Assembly (NCBI RefSeq): GCF_000315625.1
Contig: NW_005434654.1
Span: 680,632-744,631, forward strand
Source: Guillardia theta CCMP2712
Lineage: Eukaryota; Protista; Cryptophyta
Length of the DNA stretch: 64,000 nt
Direction of reading: 5' to 3'
Shown in pieces: positions 48,317 to 60,262 of this stretch. Made by a program: the position numbers and the translations under genes. A model generated the notes under the pieces. The model searched no databases and was not told where the DNA came from. It worked only from the letters and a program-made list of their open reading frames with translations. How positions within the stretch are numbered: position 1 is the first letter of the stretch; the number at the start of each line of letters is the position of its first letter.

Positions 48317-49156
48317 TCATTCGATCTCATCAGGTAGCAGTTGGTTGGGTATGCTCACTTCCCATATTCCAGGTTTGCCTGGAACAGTCAAAGGTCTTTT
48401 CAGCCAGTAAGTGCGAAGTATCGGGGTAAGAAATTTGCCCATGTCCTCTCTGGCGGCGACAACCGCAGATTCAATCTTGGGTTGTCCTCTTTCCTCGTAG
48501 GTTCCCAGCCATGTTTCTCCTAGTTCGACTATCCCTACGATATCACCTGGTGCAAAGTCGTCTGGCAAGCTACATAGATCCGAAATCTGACTTGCTGTAA
48601 GACCTTGGCTGATCAGGACGTCCCTGTACTTGCTATCCTTCCATGGTTTCCGGCCTACATGCAACGCAAACAAACCTTTAGATTGAAAGAAAAGGTTTGA
48701 ATTGCGACTTTCAATCGTCTTATGGTTCTTCATCAGCAAACTGGCAAAAGGCTGTGACATGCTGAAACATTTGAACATCGTTCGATCACCGAGTAATTCG
48801 ACCTTCTCGGCATACAATCTATCTTTTGCATCATCGTATGCCAGGAAGAAGGATACTTCATCTTCTGTTGACAGGATCGTTGGATTGTTGGGCAAGATCT
48901 TTGACGAATGGACGAACACGTCGCGATCAAGTGTTTCAGAGGTGATGAACCCATAGCGCCTGGCAGCATCAAATCGACTACATTTTCCTTGAAGGCGCTG
49001 TCCTCGCAGACCTGAATGGCTTTCTCCACTGCTGTGACTCGCCATGAGGCCTCTGACGCTTCTGGCCGCATTCCTCTCTACACTTGCTAGGCTGCTGGTG
49101 GGCGGGGATGGCAGGGCATGAAGCAACACTGTGACCATGGCCAGCATTTCTTGCAC
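48317..49156 (-). CDS. Cold-shock domain + ASCH/PUA (EOLA1/CXorf40-like) fusion protein
   Basis: GKCSRFDAARRYGFIT..DVFVHSS (RNP1/RNP2); CFSMSQPFASLLMKNHKTIESR..ALHVG..GDIVGIVELGET..GKPGIWEV. Confidence 0.85.
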   Translation of the reverse strand: MQEMLAMVTVLLHALPSPPTSSLASVERNAARSVRGLMASHSSGESHSGLRGQRLQGKCSRFDAARRYGFITSETLDRDVFVHSSKILPNNPTILSTEDEVSFFLAYDDAKDRLYAEKVELLGDRTMFKCFSMSQPFASLLMKNHKTIESRNSNLFFQSKGLFALHVGRKPWKDSKYRDVLISQGLTASQISDLCSLPDDFAPGDIVGIVELGETWLGTYEERGQPKIESAVVAAREDMGKFLTPILRTYWLKRPLTVPGKPGIWEVSIPNQLLPDEIE

Positions 49157-49256
49157 GATTGGGCTTTCGGGTTCGCCTCAAGAAGTTTAGAAGACAGTGG
49201 ATGTAAATAAGGAAATTCATGCTGGAGATAGATTGCTGTCCTCACCTCCTCTCGTC

Positions 49257-52200
49257 ATGGCGATGGCACTCCCGAGCACGAAGATTCAAGTAAGAGGAGG
49301 CGAACGAGGAGGAGGAGGAGGAGGAGGAGGAGGAGGAGGAGGAGGATATGGTCAACGAGGACGAGGACGAGGACGAGGTTGAGGACGAGGACGGGGAAGA
49401 AGTGTGAGAGGAATAGTTTGCATAGTTGCTGTGAAGGAACTTGGTGAGCAGAGCAGGAACGGGAAAAGTCAGGAGCGACGAGAAACAGGTGTGAAGGACA
49501 GCAAGTCGAGGAGTGGGCGAGGAGAAGTAAAACGATTGGCATCAAGATGAAGTTGTGAAGAGGTTGAAAGCAAGCAGATGAAAGAAGGGAGAGACATTGT
49601 TGGGGAAGGGGCGGGGGGCGGGGGGGGGATGAGAGAGTGGGAGGGAGGGAGGGAGGGAGGGAGGGACAGAGGGACAGAGGGAGACAGAGAGGAGGGAAGT
49701 GATTGACAGTCAACTTACAGATCGACAAACCGTCGGATTATGTCGATGAAAAGGAAGCAGCAGCTCAAAAACTACCCCCTGAGTTGATAGGTTTGAAGCT
49801 ACGAGACAGATAGTTTGATGTCTCGATGAAACAGCTAAAATTTCCTTCAGCATCAACTTCCCTGGCGAACTGGTTCACAAGGATGCAGGTGAATGAATGT
49901 CTGCCGTGCGCTAGTGAAAGCCCAACCCCAAACCATGGCAGACTGCAATTGTTGAAGGCAATAACATCAACGAAGCTGATCAGTTAGGCTTCTGGTGATT
50001 TGTATATCACAAAGGTTTTGGTATGTATTGTTAACCATTGTATCTGTTCATGAAACACAGCTACATACACTATGCTGCCCTTGACGGGGAACTTGCTGTT
50101 GTAGAGATGCTGTTGAAGCATGGTTGACTGCAGTCTCCTGGTGGGCGGTGGGAGTTTGAACTTGTAGTAGGGGTTGAAGTCGATACCAAGTCAAGAAACA
50201 AGCAGAGCATCTCCCCCCTTCATTGGGCTGCTCTGCGTGGTCACACGCAGGTAGGTGCTGCACAGTCCCTGGTGAGACTGAGTGCCCGCAGGTCGTTAAG
50301 TTCTTGCTTGACAAAGGTGCGGAGATTGAGTCGCAAGTGAGACGGAGAGCCGAGTGTCCTTGCTTTGAACTTGACAATCTCGCCAGGACAGCGAAGGACA
50401 CACGCCTCTCATGAAGGCAGCACAGTACAACCAAGTGCCTCCTCCTCTTCTTGCCTTCTCTCCTTCACTCTCTGACAGGTTCAAACTTGTCTACTGCTCC
50501 TGGCGCGAGGAGCAAGTGTTCACACGGTTTGACGTTTGTTCTCTATCTCATGTGTTGAAGGTTGTGCAGGAAGACATTCACGGACACCAAGTAGAAGTTG
50601 TTCTTGAGAGCTTCTATTCACGCATGTCTCAGGCTCTTCACTGGGCTTGCTTTCAGGGCTGCGGACTCGTGGTGGAGCTTCTACTGAAAGGTAGCCGCGA
50701 GGAAGGAGAGAGATCAGTGACGAGGAGTGAAAGCTGGGGCGAACGTCAACTTCAAAGATCACGACGACAAGATTCCCTTGCACCGCGCACTTCAGAACTT
50801 CCACGTGATTGCCTTGATCCTGTGTAAAACCTTTATCACCTTCACTTTGAGCAGTGGACGAAAAGGGACATCGTGCTGCTACTTCTCCAAAACAATTCCA
50901 TCGTAACTACATCGTCTTTCTCTCCCCTCTCCCTCCTCTTCCCCTCCCCCCAATACTTATTGCCTCGTGTTTCGATCTTACTTTGTGGCTGACTGTGAGG
51001 TTGCAGGTTGATATCCAGGTAGGAGATATTGTACCCTGCCTTCGCTTGACCTTGCGCAGAACGACAAGGAGGAGCTCAACATGGTCCAGCTGGTCAAGAA
51101 AAGCAACTCGCCTGTCAGTCTGCTTAGCTGCCTGAGTTTGTCTCCAGTGACTCCTTGCAGGCACGACAGAGGATCATCGGCTGGTTGAGAGGGAGAGACG
51201 TACGTCACCCGCTGGCCTCTCTGGTGTTTGGCCTCAAGGAAGGAGAGAAGGTACCAGGAGAGCAGGAGACGCTCTGCTGACTGGAGCAGGGAAGCTTCGA
51301 GTATCAACTCGCGGTGATGGAAGCAAGGGGCAAACATCCGGTGGGAGGGCGTGCGGGGTGAGGGGCACCTGGTCACCATGTGCTAGATGCTCCTGACCAT
51401 CTTCTTCGTGGGAGCTGCTAGTTGCTTCCTCGTCTACTTTCGCAATCTCTACAGGTCTGCTCCCTCTCTCCTTCTCTTGGCGTCCCTCACTCCCTTCAGG
51501 TTCTTTCACGTCTGGACTTCTTTGCACTACGTGGGGCTCCTGGCAGCAGCTGTCGCAGTCTCTTCCTACCTCACCCTCCTCCGTTTGAACCCAGGCAAGG
51601 CCTCCTCCTACTCCTCCGCCTCCTCCGTCTCAGCCCCCCCTCCGCCCCCCTCCCCCCTCCTCCTCCTCCTCTGCCAACGTTTCCTCCTCATCCTCCTGTT
51701 CTTGCTCTTGTTCTCTCTTTTTCACCCTCACACTCCGACGGCGCTTTCTTTCTTACGATGCCGTCAGGTATCATCAGCACGGACAACTCACCGGAAGAGC
51801 AGGAAGAGATCAGAGTAAACGACTTTCCGACTTTTGTTTTGCCTTCTCACTTGTTGGCAGCAACAACTCTGTGACGGAGAGAAGATCGACAGGATTTGCA
51901 GCACCTGCAGGATCCGCAAGCCCCTCCGTTCCAAGCACTGCAAGTGTGAAACTTCTCTTGTTTGGATGCTTTCTCGTCTCACCGCACCCTCGAGGTTCTG
52001 TGGAAGGTGTGTCGCCAAGTTCGACCATCATTGTCCGTGGATTGGGAACTGCGTGGGGTGGGACAGGACAAACACTTGCGACTTCTCATTTTCACGCAGC
52101 TACCGCAATCATCCGCTCTTCGTTCTCTTCCTCGGCTCTGCTTTTTCTGCTGGTAGGAGAGGAAGAGCGTGTGAGGTCCTTGACCTCTGGCAGGCGTCAT

Positions 52201-52889
52201 CCTCAACCTTTTCAGCGTCTACCGCGTCTCGTTCGAGCCTGACCTTCAGCACCTCGACTGGTCCTCCTTGCGCGGGTGAACCCCTGCCCCTCTTTCATCC
52301 TCATCCTCATCCTCATCGTGCTCAGGTCCTTGTACTCCATCTTCTACTTCGGTCTCTTGTCGTGTCGCCATGTTCGCTGCTGTGACGTGGCTTGCAGTGA
52401 CTTTCTTCATGTGGAATTTTCCTCACATGTTTGTCAACGTGTGCTTCAGCGGCTTGTTCACCGTCTACTTCTTGTTCATGTTCGCCTGCCACCTGCGCCA
52501 GATTCTTGTCAACATCACGACTAACGAGATGGAGAACGCCTTTCGGCTGCCCTACCTCCACAAGCCAGAAGCGTCTTATGACGAAGAGAGCGGGCCCCGG
52601 GAGGACCATCATCACTTTGTGAACCCCTTCGATCGCGGCTCAGCCATCAACTGCATCGAGGGCTTCTTTCGTCCCCTTCCTCCTCTCTGCCTCCGCATGG
52701 AGGTTTGGGGGTCGGACGGGTGAGAGACTATCCTCTCCTCCTCCTCCTCCTCCTCGTTCCCCTTCTCCTTCTCTTTTTTTTCTCACTTGAGCTTTCAGAG
52801 GAGTCCGCAGGCATCCTTCCACCTTGTTCCCGGACTACTACACCATCTCCTCCGTGGACGAGGTCCAGAAGGTGATGAGCTTGAGGTGA
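49257..52889 (+). CDS. Ankyrin-repeat DHHC protein S-acyltransferase (AKR1/TIP1-like), many short introns
   Basis: Ankyrin fragments ([31 protein letters not shown]); [15 protein letters not shown]; [17 protein letters not shown]; NITTNE; NPFDRG. Confidence 0.88.
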
Positions 52890-53197
52890 GCGATCAGCAG
52901 TGTCATGATGGCGGGAAGACTGAGATGAGGGCAGGGAGATGCAGGAGGTGCGGGAGGCGACGAGCTACGCGGCCATTCCGAGGGAGGAGGTGAAGGACTC
53001 GTGACTGAAGCGCCGCGAGTGACCCTAGGAGAGTTGGCGGCCTGTGATGGCTGTCACAGGAGGCTTGTCAAAGAATATAACCGTTAATAACCGTTACTTG
53101 ATGTGTCCCTCCTACCCCCTCATGTTCATTTGTCAAGGTTTTCACTGCAAGCCGCACGGTATGGTGGCGAGTAGCGAAGGTGGCTGAGGGCAGCAGC

Positions 53198-54904
53198 ATG
53201 CAGACGCTTCTCCTGTTGCTGGGGCTCCATGCTCTGCTAGCCGCTCCTCCTCCCCCTCCTCGACCTCTCTCCACAACCAGCATCCCTCGCAAGCTCTCCA
53301 TACCTTCATCGTTGGTGGCGTTTGACTCAACTCCTGCCGGTCGACCGCATGCAGCTCCAAGACCGTCTCCCCGTCAGTCCTCGACCTCAACCTCGACTGA
53401 CGGTCGTTGCACAGAGGCTCTCGATGCTCCTGCGCAAGCGAATCCATGCAACATCAACACAGACGAGGCTTCATGCACATCTGCGACCGGATGCACCTGG
53501 AAGCTCGCAAACAACTCTTGCTTCTGCACTTTCTCCGGCTGTACATGTGGTAACCCTGCTTCTGGAGCTGAGGCATCGTCGTCTTGGTCTCCTCAGACGC
53601 TGCTTATGGTTGTTGTGCCAACCCTTACAGTGTGCGGTTGTCTTTGTACAGCATGCTTCGCTTACCGGTTTAGACGGCTGCTGGCGAAGCTCTTCAGAAA
53701 CATCTGCCCGCAAGCGATTTTAGACAAGGTGGACATCAAAGATGAGGATAGCAAGGACGACAGACACAGAGAGGTGAAGACAGAAGAAGAGGAGCTCAAA
53801 GATTTTCAGAAAGCAATTTTGCGTCGAGAAGATCAGGGCATAGGAAAAGGAGCATATCAGCTCAACATCTTCATCGACTATGCTGTTCACTTGCCCATTC
53901 GTGACTCCATGTTTCGCGACGTGTCAGCTCTGGGCTCTTGCGACCCTTACATCGTGATCAGGCTCAACGATCAAGTTCATCGCACCAAGGTGATGAAGAG
54001 CACCTTGTATCCCGAATGGAAGCAAGAGTTTTCCCTCTTCTTCGACCCCGACCCTCCTCGCAGGCGTCCTCAGACTTTGTCGCTTGAGCTGTGGGACTGG
54101 GACCGCGGCGTTCGCGATGAGCTGTGCGGCTCTGTGACGCTCGTGCTAGCGGATCTGCTGCAGGAGTACGAGAAGCGAGCGAACAAGTCTCGTCCCCTCG
54201 AGAAGTACCACATCGACAAGTTCAAGAACCACAACGGGACGCCGCTGACCGGTGGGATCCTCGCTCAGCTTAAGCGCAAGAATAAGTTCGGCAAAGTTGT
54301 GGGAGAGCCGTCGGAGTTGTGCTACACCTACGTGCTGGACAAGACCTACAACCTGCGCGATGCGGTCGGGGACCTGCGACGAGCTGTGAACTGGTTGAGG
54401 ACGGAACACTCGAAGCAGCTGCTCATCAAGGCCGGCAAGTACGTGGAGGGACGTCGCCCGATCGATCCTCACACGGGGATGGAGCGATGGGAGCACACGT
54501 CAACGGACTTGCTGCATGCTGAGTTCGCGTTCGACAAGAGCAGAGGCCACGACCTGTGGGGGATCCAAGACATCGCAGACGAGACAAAGAACCCGTTCCT
54601 ACTTCGGGCCATCAGGATCCGATCAGAGAGGGAGGGGGGCGAGATGACACTAGAGGAGCGACTGGAATCAGCAATCCAGATGAAGGACCTTGTTGAGCTG
54701 AAATCTCTCTTTGACGACCCTGCGTTATCGGGGACCGGCCGTTCCAAGGCAAGGAGATACATCGAGCTCTTTCAAGCCCAGGGAGCAGCGAAAGCGGAGG
54801 AGGTTGCAAGGGAAACAGAGCTGGTTGTAGAGAAGGGAACTTGTAATCACTCGACTCTTGACATTACCCGCAGCAAGAAAGACTATCGTTCAACGACTCG
54901 CTAG
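53198..54904 (+). CDS. Single-pass membrane protein with Cys-rich ectodomain and cytosolic C2 domain
   Basis: Signal peptide MQTLLLLLGLHALLA; Cys cluster; TM; GSCDPYIVIRL..RTKVMKSTLYPEW..LELWDWD..DELCG. Confidence 0.85.
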   Translation: MQTLLLLLGLHALLAAPPPPPRPLSTTSIPRKLSIPSSLVAFDSTPAGRPHAAPRPSPRQSSTSTSTDGRCTEALDAPAQANPCNINTDEASCTSATGCTWKLANNSCFCTFSGCTCGNPASGAEASSSWSPQTLLMVVVPTLTVCGCLCTACFAYRFRRLLAKLFRNICPQAILDKVDIKDEDSKDDRHREVKTEEEELKDFQKAILRREDQGIGKGAYQLNIFIDYAVHLPIRDSMFRDVSALGSCDPYIVIRLNDQVHRTKVMKSTLYPEWKQEFSLFFDPDPPRRRPQTLSLELWDWDRGVRDELCGSVTLVLADLLQEYEKRANKSRPLEKYHIDKFKNHNGTPLTGGILAQLKRKNKFGKVVGEPSELCYTYVLDKTYNLRDAVGDLRRAVNWLRTEHSKQLLIKAGKYVEGRRPIDPHTGMERWEHTSTDLLHAEFAFDKSRGHDLWGIQDIADETKNPFLLRAIRIRSEREGGEMTLEERLESAIQMKDLVELKSLFDDPALSGTGRSKARRYIELFQAQGAAKAEEVARETELVVEKGTCNHSTLDITRSKKDYRSTTR

Positions 54905-55684
54905 TCTGCACATGTCCCCCCAGGTATCTCCTCCACATGCCGTCAACCCCCAGCCCCCCCCCCTCCACTTCTCTTCTCTCTCCTCTCACGTCTGCTGCTT
55001 CTCAGCGTCTTTGTTGAGCATGGCCACTGCATCTGCGGCTTCTCCAAGAGTCTGCCTCCTGGACTGCAGGCTGCCCACCGGACCCTTAGCAAGCCATCCA
55101 AGCTCCCAAGCAACTTCTTTCATCCCCCTGTGCCAGAAGAAGCAGAGGAAGAGGACGAGATGAATTCGTCCTACAACCCCTCGATGACCAGCCATGATGT
55201 CAGGCTCACTCCCCGCAGCGCGGCGCCTTCCTTGGTGACTCAAATTCCCCCTGGCGTGTGTCTGAGATGATGGCAGAGCGGCTCCTTTAAGGACGACAGG
55301 ACGACTCGATCTCATGGATCTGCATCGTCTGCCAAAGAGCAAGAGAGGCCGAAGGCTGGGGACGGAAGGAAGAAGTGGAGAGAAGAGCGTAGGAAGCAGC
55401 AGGAAGCTGTGCGAAGCTCGCGGGCCTCCTTGAAGAGCACGAAGGTGACTAGGCGAGCAGCATGAGTACACTAACGGATCGTGCAGGCGAGCGAGGAGGA
55501 AGAAGAATCGGTGAGGGTAACGATCCGGAACCAGTCGCATGCGGGAGACGAGGCAGGGCGAGCGAAGACGCGATCAGTGAGCACATTTCGATCACCACGG
55601 TGAGGGCAGACAGTGACAGCAGCACATGAGACTTGTTGACGCATGTCAGGGAGTGAGGAGCGACTCTCAAGGCTTCTAGCTACC

Positions 55685-56764
55685 TCAAACGTGGGGATGC
55701 CCTCCCCTCAAGCCCTCCACCTGCATCTCACTCTCCATCTTGGGCTCGGGGACGCAGGGAAGGTTCGACTTGGACTTGTAGAGGATGCTGGCGGCGGTCA
55801 CAAGGATGGATCCGAAGATGAAAGTGCCGGTAACCTGCGAGGTTCCTCCTCCGAAGAGGCCGCTGAAGGTGATGAAGCCCTGGAGCCACGTGGCGAAGAC
55901 GCGGCAGAAGTTGTAGCTGGTGGCATCGAGGAACTTGAAGACCAGCGCCATGGCCATGTCGGCGAGAGCAATGCTTGTGATCGCCATGAGCGTCTGCCAC
56001 GTGTAACCCTTGAAGAGGTTGAGCGAATGCTCCTCGCTCCCCATCAAGATGGCGTTGGTGCTGCTGAGGATGAGGAGAGTGCCGTTAGCGACGAAGCCGT
56101 AGAGGGAGCAAGTCATCGTCTGGATCAGGACGCTCTGATCTTGCGACTTGGAGGCTCGTTCAAAGTAAACTCCCTGCGCTGCCGTGCAGCATCCTCCAAA
56201 CACAGCCGCGATGAACCCCGGGTTGAAGAGGAGAGCGAGGGGATCGATCCGTCTCTCCATGTTGTCGATGTTTGGCACGAGGAGGCAAAACCCGACAGTC
56301 AGCAGCACCAAGCTCACCTTCTGCTTCCTCGACAACCAGTGCCCCAACACCATCTGCGACAACATTGCCGTAGCCATGATGCAAACCGCTTTCCTCGCAA
56401 TCTGATTAAAGAGCGCACCGAGGTATGAGATGCCCACGAAGAGCGTCTGGTTTGCAATGGCGAGCATGACAGCAGGAGCAGCGAAGGCTCGAGACTCCTT
56501 GAGATCAATTTCTGCCAGCTGCAGGCACTTCTTTCTGACGGCAAGAAGAGATATAAAGCATAGAAACGCTTTCATCAGCTCTGCCATGGCCATCGCTGAA
56601 GCCAAGGAGTACTCATACCCCATGCTCGCATTCTTGGAGTGCGACTGCGACAGGTCAATCAAGATGGGCTCTATCGCTTTGCTCACTGTCGCCATCGCAA
56701 ACAAGATCGCGCTTCTCCCCGCAAACCCGACATCCCGCCCTTCTTTTGCGCGAGGGCTTTGCAT
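55685..56764 (-). CDS. SLC35A-type nucleotide-sugar transporter
   Basis: AMAMAELMK; FAAPAVMLAIAN; IMATAMLS..LG..LSRKQ; AQGVYFERASK; LFKGYTW; LVFKFLD. Confidence 0.85.
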   Translation of the reverse strand: MQSPRAKEGRDVGFAGRSAILFAMATVSKAIEPILIDLSQSHSKNASMGYEYSLASAMAMAELMKAFLCFISLLAVRKKCLQLAEIDLKESRAFAAPAVMLAIANQTLFVGISYLGALFNQIARKAVCIMATAMLSQMVLGHWLSRKQKVSLVLLTVGFCLLVPNIDNMERRIDPLALLFNPGFIAAVFGGCCTAAQGVYFERASKSQDQSVLIQTMTCSLYGFVANGTLLILSSTNAILMGSEEHSLNLFKGYTWQTLMAITSIALADMAMALVFKFLDATSYNFCRVFATWLQGFITFSGLFGGGTSQVTGTFIFGSILVTAASILYKSKSNLPCVPEPKMESEMQVEGLRGGHPHV

Positions 56765-56981
56765 CGGTCACGAGGTCACCAGCAAGAGATCACCAGCTGC
56801 TCAGCATGCGGGACGAGCAGCTCATGCTCCTTCACGATGCTTCGATTGAACAACCAGCCTTGACAAGGATTGCCGATTCCTGGGGGAGGATGCGCTGGGA
56901 ATAACCAGTCAGAACGCTGTAGAACCGTCTTTCCTTGAATCCTGTTTCTACGTCACCCCTCCACATTTCAAGGAGAACCTC

Positions 56982-57227
56982 TCAAGCTCCCTTGTCAAGT
57001 TCTGGATCAAACAAGTCTATTTCTCCTGTCTTCCGACATGTTATCCTTTCTTTCATCACAGCCATGTACAATACGATGGTGATCCACCAGCCTACCATGA
57101 AATGCTTGCAACGCCCCGTCAAAATGTTGCGCGCAAAAAATATTCCATCGAAATCTCTATCACCGTATGTATAGCTAGGCTGATGTTCCCTATGCGCATC
57201 GACCTGGTCCTTCCTCCTTCCCTTCAA
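56982..57227 (-). CDS. Possible small membrane protein
   Basis: 81-codon ORF with one hydrophobic segment; no recognised motif. Confidence 0.3.
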   Translation of the reverse strand: MKGRRKDQVDAHREHQPSYTYGDRDFDGIFFARNILTGRCKHFMVGWWITIVLYMAVMKERITCRKTGEIDLFDPELDKGA

Positions 57228-57560
57228 CCATGTCCTTGTATCCTCGCCTCTATCCCTCGCCTCTCATCCCCTCCCGTCACCCCTTCGACTCTCGTTCCTC
57301 GTAGCATCCCTCCTCGTCACCGTTGAACCCTACCCCCTCCTCCCTGGAACCACCCACCTCACAAATGTCTCTATGACCCCACCCCTCAAATCTGATTGGG
57401 TGTTCTTCTCTTTACTACCCATTTCCCATTGATCTACTACCCTACCCCTGCAAAACCCTACCCCACCCTACCGTGTATTGCAGTCGCCATGGTATGACAA
57501 GCGTGTAGGTGTGAAAGATTTCGAGCAAGACGAGCGAAAGATGAGCAGGAGAAGATGAAA

Positions 57561-57686
57561 TGAGAAGATGGAGAAGAGTTGAAAGAAAATGATTGTGAAT
57601 GAGAAGATGGAGAAAAGTTGAAAGAAAATGATTGTGAATGAGAAGATGGAGAAGAGTTGAAAGAAAATAATTGTGAATGAGAAGAT
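57561..57686. repeat. 39-bp tandem repeat, ~3.2 copies
   Basis: TGAGAAGATGGAGAAGAGTTGAAAGAAAATGATTGTGAA. Confidence 0.9.
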
Positions 57687-58178
57687 CGAGTAAACGTTAA
57701 GAATATGTGGAGTTGAAGGAGTCGAGACGAGCTCCTCGGATTCACCGAGCCGAATCGATCGCTTGATCAGTGTCTCCCCGGTCATGTGTCGATGAAAATG
57801 AGAGAATGTGTCGTCTCAATGTTGAACCACTCTGCATCAACCGCCCCCGCTCACAATCAAGAAGGGAGCACTTGCACGAAAGGAGCTGAAGAGCAGGTAT
57901 AGCAGTATAGGTGAGCAGTTCAATCTGTTCCTCCTTCAGATTGTGTACCCGAGCTCAGTCGCTGTCAAGGCTCAAAAAACTTGACCATCAATTGCAACAT
58001 ACAATCCCAACAACGTCGTCACCGTTGCGTTTCACGCGGACATCACGCCGGTATGGTCAGCATGGGCATTCACAGACAAGGAGAAGAGCTCTGTTCATAC
58101 TGCAAGCCTGACATGGGGCACAGCAAGTAGTGACGAGACGCGACTGCGAGCCTGAGGTGCATCTTGTCTATTTCTTGT

Positions 58179-58808
58179 CTAAAAGCCAGTGGAGCCGTAA
58201 TAGGGAGAGTCAAGGGAGCCGGGCATCCAGTATTGAGCAGAGTCCGGCATGTCCAACACCTGTGTGCGAACGAAACCATGAGCGAGGGCTTCCTCCCCGA
58301 CGTCCAAGCTCCCATACCTTGGGGTCGTAGTCGTGCTCGGGCTTGAGGTCCTTGGGCATGCCTCCGTACTCCTTGTACATCATGTTGCGGACGCCATCGG
58401 GCCAAGTGCGCGCTCCGTAGTAGAAAAGCTGCTGTCCTGGAACAAAAGCAATCTAGTGCCAAGTCAGCGCAGCGCATCTCCGTCCATTTGCACAAATCGC
58501 CTTCTTGCAAAACTCTAGAACAGCGAACCTACTGTCTCACATTTGCCAGCATCATGTTATGATCATCTCTAAGAGAAGATTGAAGGAAGCCCATGCAACT
58601 CAAATCAATAAGAAATACTTGAAAACATACGTGCCAACGAGGAAACAAAAGCATCAGAGCCAGTGTCAGCAAAGAGAGAGAACATGGAGCACAACATGGC
58701 ACTGCAACCAGGCATCGTATCGAGAAGAGGAGTTGGATGTGTGAAAACTCAAGAGGGAGAGAGAGAGATCCACGTGTGTTCACACGCCATGTCACCACAT
58801 CGAGCCAT
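58179..58808 (-). CDS. Small multi-exon hypothetical protein
   Basis: Exons FSTTERTWPDGVRNMMYKEYGGMPKDLKPEHDYDPK / VLDMPDSAQYWMPGSLDSPYYGSTGF* joined by a GT-AG intron; start uncertain. Confidence 0.5.
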
Positions 58809-59527
58809 GCTCGCCTTCAGCTTACCATATCGCTCTGCCTCTTCACAGTAGTAGTTCAGGAAGAGACAAGGCTATTAACTAAAATCATAAGTTATCTCGT
58901 TTAAATAATCTGATTTTATTCTAAAAATATTGTATAATATCACATAATCTATCTGGGGTGGTACGGGGATATAATAATTATTATCTCCTTTACATTTATG
59001 ACCCCACCCCCCTTGCTCTCACTGGTGTAACCCCACCCTGTACGTCGGTTCTATCATTCTCTCTTTACTACCCCACACCCCCTCCATCTCCCCCACCCAC
59101 CCCCACAGTCTCCACATTTCACCCCGCCAGGTCCTCTGTATCCTGACCACCCACCCTACAACCCCCGTCCTTCCCATCGCCTCCTCTCACCCTCGCACCC
59201 CTCCCGCTACCCTACATGTACCCCTACCCCTACCCCTACCCCTACCCCTACCTGTGCCCGCACCCAAGGGAGGATGCCTTTGACATCGGGGTTGTCACCG
59301 AGTACGTACCACAAGTACCCCCCCATATACCACGATTGACCCTCTCAACCACCCCACCCCAAAATGCTCGTTCTCACTGATATCTGTAGCGGCTCTCCTG
59401 TGTTCCTCCTGCTCAATGTCGTACGACTGCTGCTGCTACTTGACATGCCGCTCCTCCTCCCTCCCCTCCTCCTCCCTCCCCTGTCTTCCTCCCCTCCTCA
59501 CACCGTATGCCTCACCTGCAGCTCCTC

Positions 59528-59610
59528 CCTCCCTCGCCTCCCTCGCCTCCCTCGCCTCCCTCGCCTCCCTCGCCTCCCTCGCCTCCCTCGCCTCCCTCGC
59601 CTCCCTCGCC
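59528..59610. repeat. (CCCTCGCCT)n 9-bp tandem repeat
   Basis: ~9 perfect units. Confidence 0.95.
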
Positions 59611-60262
59611 TTGAGCTCCTCCTACTTCTCGTTTTTCTTCTTCACAGCCTCCATCTGCTTCAACCTGCTAATCCTGCCACCTGATCCCGATCCTTATTCT
59701 CCTCTTTCTACATCTCCTTTTTGCTTCAACCTGGTGCTACCATCCGGATACTCTCCTTGCTGCTTTTATCTTTTATCCTAACGATGCTTCTTTCTGTTTT
59801 CCGCTTCCTCTCTTCCTGTTGCGCTCTTCGATCAGTGCAGTGGTGATTCAAACCATCCTCAACCTAGTCACCTTGAAATGACGAGCTCCCTTCCTGTTCG
59901 TCGTATTGTCGTACAATCCACTTCCATAATTCCTGGTCGTATTTGCAGCAGCAAATCCTCATTTAACGTTTACTGGAGAGGAAATCGACTCATTTGTTCC
60001 CTGCATCTTTCTGAGTTTTCAAAAGTTTCCTTCTCCGCCTTCGTAGCTTCACAGCTGTTAGCTTCACAGCTGTTTCTTTGCTATTCTGTGCTTGTAGTTC
60101 GAAACTTTTTTTTGATGCACCATGGTGTTTTGCTGAATTGTGGTCTCTTGAATGCTTGATTTTGAGTAATTATTCCTGCACATGCTTGATCTACTTACAC
60201 CACCAAAAGAGGAGTTTAATGCTAAATGAAATTTTACATGATTGCAGCTTAAAGCCGAAAGC

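Noticed and set aside
54986-55540. 184-aa minus-strand ORF
   Set aside because: No motif and a low-information sequence; a small gene cannot be excluded but is unsupported.
55643-56428. 261-aa plus-strand ORF (and similar antisense ORFs over the Kelch, cyclin and cyclase genes)
   Set aside because: Shadow frames of well-supported genes on the opposite strand.
59217-59252. (TACCCC)n as a telomere
   Set aside because: Only ~6 units, internal, and embedded in an ACCC-rich intergenic block.
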